Below, one piece after another: positions 13,401-22,314 of a DNA stretch of 64,000 nt (position 1 is the stretch's first letter; each line of letters opens with the position of its first letter). The position numbers and the translations under genes were made by a program. The notes beneath the pieces were generated by a model that saw only the letters and a list, made by a program, of their open reading frames with translations, did no database searches and was not told the DNA's origin. The stretch is from Nemertoderma westbladi (Eukaryota; Animalia; Xenacoelomorpha). Location of the stretch: NCBI GenBank assembly GCA_032718475.1, contig JAUCBJ010009084.1, positions 4,645 to 68,644 of the forward strand. Reading direction: 5' to 3'.

Positions 13401-15910
13401 GAATCTGCCCAACACTTTTCATTTTTAGAAATTCATCATGATGATTTTTATGTATTATTATGAAATTCATTGACTTTTCCTAGAATTTAATTGGCTTTCT
13501 GATGGTAACAAAATATTTTTTTCATCATTTATACTTTTTGTGCTATGGTGTGTTTTTCATATCATAGTCACATTTTTTTATTATAATATCTTTATTAGCC
13601 TAACTGGTAGAAAAGATAATCCCTGGTTGGATACTTCCCCTGGTCAACAAGCTAGAATACAACCAATTACGGTCCAGTACATTCATTTGGCTGGGTTGTA
13701 AAGTTAAATTCAAACACGAGATTGTCTTCTGCTTGGATTAGTACACATCAATAACATTATTTTTTAATAACAAAATACTAAACTGACAGATAATCAATAA
13801 GTCTACTAGGATAAAACAACAACCACCATTGAAATCAGTATATTCCTAATGTAATAGAGCAGACATAAACAGAGGTGAATAAATCTATTCAATAACAGCA
13901 CCCCTGCAAGCAAAATTTTCACTTGGGATGTCTGGCAGAGTTAGGCAGACAGTGGTGTTGGGAGGAGTATGTATAGTATAGTATTATCTCATCTTTTTAC
14001 TGTAATGGGTTATCTTCATGATAATTAATTTATCTGGATATATTATTTAAAATTATGAATATATACAAGTCAGAACAGATGCATTATATATTTTCCTATA
14101 AACCTGCGAAAATTTGGAAAGTTTTGATAAAATTATCATTACTTTTTAGTGTATAATATACTGTTGGGCATATTATGCCCAACCCCAGGTGGAATCTCGG
14201 ACAAAAGAGCCCAGGTGGAATAGGGTTAAGATTCTCTATCTCGTGGAGTGGGTTAGAAGTTATAAATATGAAAATCGATGTGGTTTTTTGTAAAAAATCT
14301 GAGGATATTTTGATAAATTATTGCTGAAAAACCCCAAGGATTTTGACATGGCTTTAATACTTCATTATGTTCATGAAAAAACTTAGATATTTGAGGTGAA
14401 TTATTGCATTACATAATAACTTTAACTCCAGGCACATTAGCAATACGATGAAACTATAATAAATATTCTAGAACACAACAATATTAACAGGGAGATAGGC
14501 TACTTATCTGTCCACTCTGAGAGCCTCAGAAAGGGGGTGTTCCGATGCAATCAAAATTCATCCATCTCCAGGGGAAATACGAAGCAAATAACAGCTGATT
14601 ACTTCTATAAATGTAAGTGTTACCTGCTCTTTTGACTTTCATTTAAGATTATCTATCTCTTGGCGTAGGTTAGAAGTCATGAATATGAAAATCGATGTCG
14701 ATTTTTGTAAAAAATCAGAGGAGATTTTAATAAATTATTGCTGAAAAACACCAACGATTTTGACATGGCTTTAATACTTCATTATGTTCATGAAATAGCT
14801 AAGATATTTGAGGTGAATTATTGTATCACATATTAACTTCGGCTCCAGCCGCTTTGGCAATACGATGAAACTATAATAAATATTCTAGAACACAACAATA
14901 TTAACAGGGAGATAGGCTACTTTTCTCTCCACTCTGAGAGCCTCAAAAAGGGGGTGTTCCGACGCAATCAAAATTCATCCATCTCCAGGGAAAAGACAAA
15001 GCAAAGAACAGCTGATTACTTCTATAAATGTAAGTGTTACCTGCTCTTTTGACTTTCATTTAAGATTATCTATCTCTTGGCGTAGGTTAGAAGTCATGAA
15101 TATGAAAATCGATGTCGATTTTTGTAAAAAATCAGAGGAGATTTTAATAAATTATTGCTGAAAAACCCCAAGGATTTTGACATGGATTTAATACCTCATT
15201 ACGTTCATGAAAAAACTGAGATATTTGAGGTGAATTATTGCATTACATAATAACTTTAACTCCAGCCACATTAGCAATACGATGAAACTATAATAAATAT
15301 TCTAGAACACAACAATATTAACAGGGAGATAGGCTACTTATCTCTCCATTCAGACAGCCACAGATAGGGAGGGGTGTTTTGACACAATAAAAATTCCACC
15401 ATCTCCAGGGGAAAGACGAAGCAAATAACAGCTGATTACTTCTATAAATGTAAGTGTTACCTGTTCTTTTGACTTTCGTTTAAGATTCTTTATCTTGTGG
15501 AGTGGGTTAGAAGATATAAATAAGAAAATCGATATGGTTTTTGAAAAAATCAGAGGGTATTTTGATAAATTATTGCCGAAAATCACCAATGATTTTGGCA
15601 TGGCTTTAATACTTCATTATGTTCATGAAATAGCTGAGATATTTGAGGTGAATTATTGCATTACATAATAACTTTAGCTCCAGCCACTTTATCAATGCGA
15701 TGAAACAATAATAAATATTCTAGAATACAGTAATATTAATAGGGAGATAGGCTATTATCTCTCCACTCATACAACCACAGATAGGGTGTGTTCTGACACA
15801 ATCAAAATTCATTCATCTTCAGTGGTATGACATAGCAAATAACAGCTGATTACTTCTATAAATGTAAGTATTACCTGTTCTTTTGAAATTCATTTAAGAT
15901 TCTCTATCAT
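10421..15910 (+). repeat. AT-rich ~415-bp satellite array, block 1
   Basis: AGAACACAACAATATTAACAGGG recurs at 10421, 10836 and onward. Partial ~135-140-bp duplications lie near 11441 and 12340. Confidence 0.97.
13377..14225. mobile_element. piggyBac-like MITE (849 bp) inserted in satellite
   Basis: TTAA TSD at 13373-13376 and 14226-14229. Perfect 16-bp TIR CCCTATTCCACCTGGG. Subterminal palindrome GTTGGGCA..TGCCCAAC at both ends. The satellite resumes in phase. Confidence 0.95.
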
Positions 15911-15932
15911 AAACTTATTCTCTATCATATCA

Positions 15933-16271
15933 TAATAACCTAAACTAGCACCGGTATTGCACTGAGATAACTGAATTGGTATGATTACTGCCAAGTGGCT
16001 ATATTGCACGGTTGGCCTTGTTACTCTACCTAATCGATGCCTTTCCCCCCTCTGATTGGTTGATACCCTTGTTGGCGCCCTTTGGAGTGTTCCCGTTCAC
16101 TCCACCTATTCTCTCTGGGTTAGGGGTTTGGCCCCTGACCCTCTATTGTGTGCTTCCTTCCCACTCTTATTGGGATGGCACGAGTTGGTTAATTATCCAA
16201 TCTCGTGGCTCCCAATATTGCTTATCGGCTTATAACTTTATGGGGTATTAGCGGGATTGAATAAGCTAACA
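15933..16271 (-). repeat. 3' LTR of element B (probably truncated at its distal end)
   Basis: Matches 25861-26199 with one visible mismatch. Begins TGTTAGC on the minus strand. Confidence 0.9.
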
Positions 16272-16293
16272 CTCCCCCCCATGCTATCTTCCC
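16272..16293 (-). promoter_or_regulatory. Polypurine tract of element B
   Basis: Minus strand GGGAAGATAGCATGGGGGGGAG lies immediately before the LTR start TGTTAG. Confidence 0.8.
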
Positions 16294-17170
16294 GGTAAGA
16301 AGATAGCATCAACCAAAAAGTGCGCTACAATCCCGCTGGATCCTGATCTAGTATCGGGTGTGGGGTGGAATTCTTTTCTCTCGGAGCCGGCTTTCCAGGC
16401 CGCCCCCTATTGGTATGATAACGCTACCCTGTGTGCCTGGCGTCTCATTTCGGGCCGATCGCGCTCACCTCTCACGCAACTTTTGTTTCCCCAACACTTC
16501 CGCCCTATCTCTTCTTCACTCCCACCCTAACTCTCTCACACTCGGACCTCCTCGCCCCTCACTCAGCCTCTTACTCCCCCCCCCCCACACTAGAATTGCG
16601 TCCGCACTCTATCCGCACTCCGCACTATTATTCCGTCCCTCAACCTCACTTCGACTGTCTCTTCCCTTCTGACGAATCTCCCCCCCCCTCTCGTGCCGTC
16701 GCACTCAAGAAGTGTGAAATTGTCTGGTGTCTCGTCCATGGTGCCATAGTCAGTTTTCCCCCAGTCCCAGTAGCTAATTGAGAAAGGTTGTATGACTATA
16801 GTACTTACTCCGAACATATATATTTCTAGATTACTAATTACTACGTACGTACATACAAATTGCACTTATATGATTATTTTGCATTAATTAAATTTGTACT
16901 TAATAGTTCGTACATCCCACGCGGCGCCTTCCAGGCGTACCACGTCCAAGTCCCAGTCTCTCTCCCTCAACTCTGGGAACCTATCTGTTCCTCCGGGGGT
17001 AGTTCCCCCTGGCGTCCTCTTCCCTGGGTCATTTCTTGGTTATCACCGTTCCTCTGGCATCATCCGCTTTCTGCTTTCTGACCTTCGCCGCCACTTCCTT
17101 GCTGATCCCGGTCGTTGGCTCCTTGGGCGCTGGTGTTATTAGTGCCCGATATCGCTTCGCCGGTGGCCCC

Positions 17171-18130
17171 TCAGAGTGGCCCGGTTGTCTCCCTCTGGTG
17201 GCGTCCCATAGGATGATTGAGCAAACTTATCATCATCCAGTCCTCCTGCAGGATATATCGCTTCTGATATACCTTTATCGCTCCCCTGCGGAACTGATAT
17301 ACCTCCTGCTTTCCCGGTCTCGCTCCCCACTTTAGCGAGTTCGCTAGTTCTGCTCCGTATTCTTCCTTAAACTTCGCCCAATCCATTGGTTTGTGGCATG
17401 CGAGCCCCAATAATTGGCCCATCGCCACCGCCCCGCATTGGCCTGTGTTTTCGACTACCCCCAACCCATCCGGTGCCGTCATAGCCATAAAGACTTTCTG
17501 CATATCCAGGAGGTTGGTGGCGTCCGGACCGATGATTCTCTCCGCATCCTCGCGAATCGCCGATCCCACTTTCGTCGTCGACTTCTCTCTTACTAAGACT
17601 TGTACCGCTTTCGGTAACCGGTTTAGTTTCGGCCCGTCCTTCTTCCCATACGTCCCTAGGTCGAATAAGAAGATGTCCCCATTTGGCGCGGCCAAATGTA
17701 GGAGTATGGTCCTGGCCGACCCCGCCGTTCCTCGTCTCGAACCCGCCTCGTCTTCCACGGTTCCCTCGTCATCTAGGATCATATATCCTCCTCTGTTGAC
17801 GGACTCTATGAATCTCTTCCAGTCCTTCCTCGGTGATTCCCTCGGGTATTTCGGAATCCCGAACTTCGCCTCGTCCCCTTTCACCACATAGTGGAAGTGT
17901 TGGAAGATCGCGTTGTCCAGCGACGGGGTCCCGTAGGTCACGACCAGCCGCTGTTTGTGCACCTCCCGGAAGTGATCCTGCAGCGCTCGTGCCGCGTGAC
18001 TCCTTTCCAACCTCTCGTAGTATCCTCTCGTCTTCTCTTCCGGATGCCTCTCGGTGAAATCCACCAGTATCTCCTTTCCTCCTGACTCCGCCTTTCTCTT
18101 TCTGATCAACTTACTCGCCATTCCGAACAT
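17171..18130 (-). CDS. Accessory DEDDy-type 3'-5' exonuclease domain ORF, C-terminally deleted copy in element B
   Basis: Motifs YMILDDEG, LLHLA..IFLFDL, LP..V..LV.EKS.TKVGSAIREDA and YQKRYILQED match the WRN/Mut-7/EXD exonuclease pattern. Homologous to 59074-61159 up to SLLN. Confidence 0.7.
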   Translation of the reverse strand: MFGMASKLIRKRKAESGGKEILVDFTERHPEEKTRGYYERLERSHAARALQDHFREVHKQRLVVTYGTPSLDNAIFQHFHYVVKGDEAKFGIPKYPRESPRKDWKRFIESVNRGGYMILDDEGTVEDEAGSRRGTAGSARTILLHLAAPNGDIFLFDLGTYGKKDGPKLNRLPKAVQVLVREKSTTKVGSAIREDAERIIGPDATNLLDMQKVFMAMTAPDGLGVVENTGQCGAVAMGQLLGLACHKPMDWAKFKEEYGAELANSLKWGARPGKQEVYQFRRGAIKVYQKRYILQEDWMMISLLNHPMGRHQRETTGPL

Positions 18131-18619
18131 TCACTCGCTCACCTGCAAGGTGGTGCCTTACCAAGGCGCAATACAGATGAGTGATGTATCTAGGATGTTC
18201 TGTACAGTTCGATAATGGCCTATTTCCTACTCAACTGCGCCTTTTAACCTAAAATATTCCTAATTAATTTTGAAGCTAGTAAATGAGCGTAATTTACAAT
18301 TTCTGTCCGTTACTTTTATTATGTTCTAGAATAACTTCCCTTGTGTTGCCACTATTTTACAATTTTCAGCCCTATTCTATTTATTTTTATCTATTTACTT
18401 TGATTCTACTGTCCTACTACTTACTACTGCCTATGGATTATTCTATTCTCTAATCCACATTCTGGCCTACTCTGTATTCTGGCCTATGCAGTACAGCAGT
18501 ATGCGTCGTGTGGCCACACGATTTATCCAGCTGTACTCATATGCCCCCCTCTCTCTACTAACTGCTAACTAATACCTATATCTATATCCCCTTTTACCTC
18601 TCTCTTACTCTCTCTCTTC

Positions 18620-19440
18620 TTATTAACGGTACTTACGTACCCTCTAACTCTCTAACTAACTATCGGTACTACGTACCCTCTAACTCTCTAACTAACTATT
18701 GGTACTACATACCTTCTAACTCTCTAACTAACTATCGGTACTACGTACCCTCTAACTCTCTAACTAACTATCGGTACTACGTACCCTCTAACTCTAACTA
18801 ACTAGCGGTACTACGTACCCTCTAACTCTCTGACTAGCAGTACTACGTACCCTCTAACTCTCTAACTAACTATCGGTACTACGTACCCTCTAACTCTAAC
18901 TAACTAGCGGTACTACGTACCCTCTAACTCTCTGACTAACTAACGGTACTTACGTACCCTCTAACTCTCTACTACTACTACTACTATGATCGGCATGCTG
19001 CATTGCAGCTGCATTTCTAAGAATGCTGTGCCGGCTTGTCAACAAAATTGCACCGCCACAACTCCCTATCACCCATGACATTTGCTAGATCATCCGCATC
19101 TTTAAGGCCAGTGTCCTTTAAGATGCGTCTCAAGAAAGTCATGGGCTGTCCACCATGCTTATTCACTCCATGAGGCTGCCAAAGTACAAGCTCTAACTCT
19201 CTAACTAACTATCGGTACTACGTACCCTCTAACTCTAACTAACTAGCGGTACTACGTACCCTCTAACTAACTCTCTAACTGGCGGTACTACGTACCTCCT
19301 AACTAACTAACTAATGGTACTTACGTACCCTCTAACTAACTCCCTAACTGGCGGTACTACGTACCTCCTAACTAACTAACTAACTAGGTACTACATACCT
19401 TCTTACTAACTCTCTGCCTACTAACTGCGTACCTACCATG
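18620..19440. repeat. ~35-40-bp tandem repeat spacer with palindromic core GGTACTACGTACC
   Basis: CTAACTAACTATCGGTACTACGTACCCTCTAACT is repeated. The homologous array is at 61610-61895. Confidence 0.9.
18972..19190 (-). mobile_element. 5'-truncated RTE-like non-LTR retrotransposon 3' end with (TAG)n tail
   Basis: The minus strand reads LVLWQPHG..KHGGQP.TF...ILKDTG...DLANVMGDRELWR, typical of an RTE/RTEX C-terminus. A (TAG)5 tail follows, and CTCTAACTCTCTA is duplicated at 18959-18971 and 19191-19203. Confidence 0.75.
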
Positions 19441-19598
19441 TACTATTTTTTTTATTTTATTTTATTATTTTGTTTGTGGGAAGGGCGTCTCGCCCTCAAT
19501 CCTACCCCCCTCAGTCCAAAACTTGGACGACTAAACTTTTCTCTAACTCTGCTAAGGTGCCCCTTCTAATAGACAGGTAACACCTCTGCCCGCACCTT

Positions 19599-22256
19599 TT
19601 ACGGATCTAACTCTTCCATCCCAGTCCAACCTGTTGGACAACTCAGCGACCCAAGGGGTGATTCCTCCAGCAGGCAACTCTCCCACTGCCCCCCTATAGG
19701 TTCTCTAATTCTTCGCTCCGCTCTCCTTGTCAATTCGATAGGTGGTCTTTTCTCCTGTTTTTGCAAATGCTGTCTGTTATTTATGTTTCTGATCTCGTGG
19801 TTGTCCCTTGGCGGCAAAGTGCCACCCTTCAACGTGTCACCCGGCGGTATAATGCCGCCCCTGTTCTTCTCCTTAATCTTAGATGCCACCTCTGCTGGCC
19901 TCCCCCTTAATATGTGTGCTGGCATTAAAGGCTTCAACGACCCCCGTTCGTCCTTCGGTATACACGATGTCTGCCCATGTAATGCCCCCTCGCACTCTGT
20001 CAGTTCCGCGTGCGTACGCAGCACGCCTCCTACTCTCCCGGCTCCTTTTTCCACCATGTGTTTATTCATGGGCTTATCTGCCCCTTGTCTGATCGTCTCA
20101 CATCTTCTCCCTTTCCATCTTGTATTTTTACTCGGCTTCCCCCTTGTCGGTATGCTTCTCAACCGGACCGGCGTCTCTTTCGGACGCTCCTCTGGACACT
20201 CCACCGGACACTTCTCCGGTTTGTCCTCCCGACACTCCACCGTCCGCTCCTCTCCATCTCCATACCGATACTTGCTGGGACCCTTATTCCAACCCATCGT
20301 CTCTAGATCTTCTGCATCCATACCATTCTCCTCCGCCCACTCTCTTGGTGTTGCTTCTACCTCTAGCTGTCTACCACTATTGCCCATCTCTGGCCTCTCC
20401 TCTATCTCGTCAGTTCCTGGCACCATGCATCCTGAACTCTCGGACACATGGAATGGTATATTACTCTTAATTGGGCCTGTCAGTGTCCACCCGAATGGTG
20501 TTAATATGGCCACCGGGTCACTCTGCTTGTCTTCGCCGAAGACCGTTTGCATTCTTTCGTGGGCCGTTGGGCAGTCCATGCCTACTATGATGGACACCTT
20601 CCTAACGTCCACGTCTGGAATTGAGAAGTCAATGTCGTCCAGGAATTTATACTGCTCGACCTCGATGTTGGTTGGCCGCCTGGCATTGATATTAATTGAC
20701 TCTATCACTTGAATGGGGTCGATGGTTGCCCCATAGTCGCATCCTGGTGCCACTGCTGCAATTGCGCACCGTCCTGTTCTCATCTCAAGGATCTCATCTT
20801 TGCTAGAGATGGTTGTTACCGCCATCCTGCTTGGCCTCGTTCTCAATCCTATCTCCTCGGCCACCCATTCCTCGACTAATGTGAAGGCAGCTCCACTATC
20901 AACCAGCATTAGTGTTGTTACTGATCGATTGCCTTCCCCGATCACTCGTACTGGTACTACTCCAAGTAGCACCGTTCCTCTCTTCTTCGCCCCTACTGTG
21001 CTCGTCGCCATCGTTTGGCCTCTCCTTTGACCAAATTTCATTGGCTTCTCCTTGCACTCCCTTGCTCTATGTCCACTCATTACACATCGCGAGCAGATTT
21101 TATTGCTGAACGCATAATCTATCTGATCTTGCCTAGGTAGCGCCTGCCAGTACCTGCAGTTCATAGTTTGATGAAGCGCATTTGCGTGTAGCTGACATTT
21201 GCTCTTTGGGTCGTAGCCCTCTTTATACAGTGCATTGCGTATCGCAGTTGCGTTCGTACCAAAGTCCCTACTATTCTTATTGTTTGGGTTTTGCCTATTG
21301 GACGTACTGGGGTTATGTTTATTCGTGTTATTATTGTTTCCCTGTCCGTTCCATGGTGTTGTCTTATCCTCGGCTAGCTGTGGACTTGCAGTCCCCTGCG
21401 TCGCTGCATATGGCAATGATTGCCTGAGTCTCGGTAATGCGTTCGATGTGTTGTGCTCTGGTTTCGGTCTATGGTAGTCTGTCTTCGGTCCCTTTCCCAG
21501 GCTGTCTTCGCTATAGACTGGGTCAGTTATTAGTTCAGCCTCGTAGTTTAAGAAGTTTGACATTTCTTCTAAACCCGGTTCCGCACCCTTCTTATCTCGA
21601 GTGGAGAAGGCGATTTTCCTCCACTTGTTGCGCAGCCAGTTTGGTAGTGCCTGCGCTATCGTGGTGATGTTGTTGGACGCATTGAGCTCGTACGGCGCGT
21701 CTAGCGTCTTCAGCACGATTAGCGCCTTTTCGACTTTGTTAGCGAACGTCTTAATGCTAACGGGATTATCCTGTAGGCCACCCGATGTTATGCCTCTCAG
21801 CGTCTGCCTGATGATCTTGGCCGGGTGCCCGTATTCCCTATCCAGTGCCCGCCATGCTGTCGTGAAGCCGCCCTCTATTCCTTGATATTGCCTCACGATG
21901 TCGTATGCTGGGCCTCCCGTGTACACTTGTAGATACTTTAGGCACTCCGCCTGCGTCAAGTTTTTTGTTAGTATTTCGTTACTATACATGCGCCGAAACT
22001 GTAGATATTCTTCCGGCCTGCTCCCATCGAATTTGAATGGTTCCACGGGTGGTAACTCGATCCTCGTTTTCAACGCATCGATCAACGTGGCCATCCCCAT
22101 CGCCTGCGCTTCCAGTGGATTCGATGGGTGCTGCATAGTTTCTCCTGTCTGGTGCGTTCCGTCTGTCCTATTTCTTGACTTTCTCTGACTTGGGTATGTC
22201 ATCGGGGGTAGCGGCCCCCTCCATATGTCTGTGTCACACGACCTATTCTCATCCAA
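19599..22256 (-). CDS. Gag core, zinc knuckles and aspartic protease of element B, fused by deletion to an integrase C-terminal remnant
   Basis: Motifs PFKFDG..EY..F (DUF1759-like), CQLH..H...C and CSRC..GH.AREC, VLLGVVPV, LVDSGA, TPFGWTL. The ORF then jumps to ELTECEGALH..LMPAHIL.G, which is integrase-like. Confidence 0.85.
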   Translation of the reverse strand: MDENRSCDTDIWRGPLPPMTYPSQRKSRNRTDGTHQTGETMQHPSNPLEAQAMGMATLIDALKTRIELPPVEPFKFDGSRPEEYLQFRRMYSNEILTKNLTQAECLKYLQVYTGGPAYDIVRQYQGIEGGFTTAWRALDREYGHPAKIIRQTLRGITSGGLQDNPVSIKTFANKVEKALIVLKTLDAPYELNASNNITTIAQALPNWLRNKWRKIAFSTRDKKGAEPGLEEMSNFLNYEAELITDPVYSEDSLGKGPKTDYHRPKPEHNTSNALPRLRQSLPYAATQGTASPQLAEDKTTPWNGQGNNNNTNKHNPSTSNRQNPNNKNSRDFGTNATAIRNALYKEGYDPKSKCQLHANALHQTMNCRYWQALPRQDQIDYAFSNKICSRCVMSGHRARECKEKPMKFGQRRGQTMATSTVGAKKRGTVLLGVVPVRVIGEGNRSVTTLMLVDSGAAFTLVEEWVAEEIGLRTRPSRMAVTTISSKDEILEMRTGRCAIAAVAPGCDYGATIDPIQVIESININARRPTNIEVEQYKFLDDIDFSIPDVDVRKVSIIVGMDCPTAHERMQTVFGEDKQSDPVAILTPFGWTLTGPIKSNIPFHVSESSGCMVPGTDEIEERPEMGNSGRQLEVEATPREWAEENGMDAEDLETMGWNKGPSKYRYGDGEERTVECREDKPEKCPVECPEERPKETPVRLRSIPTRGKPSKNTRWKGRRCETIRQGADKPMNKHMVEKGAGRVGGVLRTHAELTECEGALHGQTSCIPKDERGSLKPLMPAHILRGRPAEVASKIKEKNRGGIIPPGDTLKGGTLPPRDNHEIRNINNRQHLQKQEKRPPIELTRRAERRIREPIGGQWESCLLEESPLGSLSCPTGWTGMEELDP

Positions 22257-22314
22257 GGGTCTCGTTGTTCTTGCTCCTATCGGGGTATATTGTTGATATT
22301 GTGATGGGGGAATG

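Noticed and set aside
16012-16251. Duplicated 79-aa hydrophobic ORF (also 25940-26179)
   Set aside because: It lies antisense within the LTRs, and the duplication simply reflects LTR identity.
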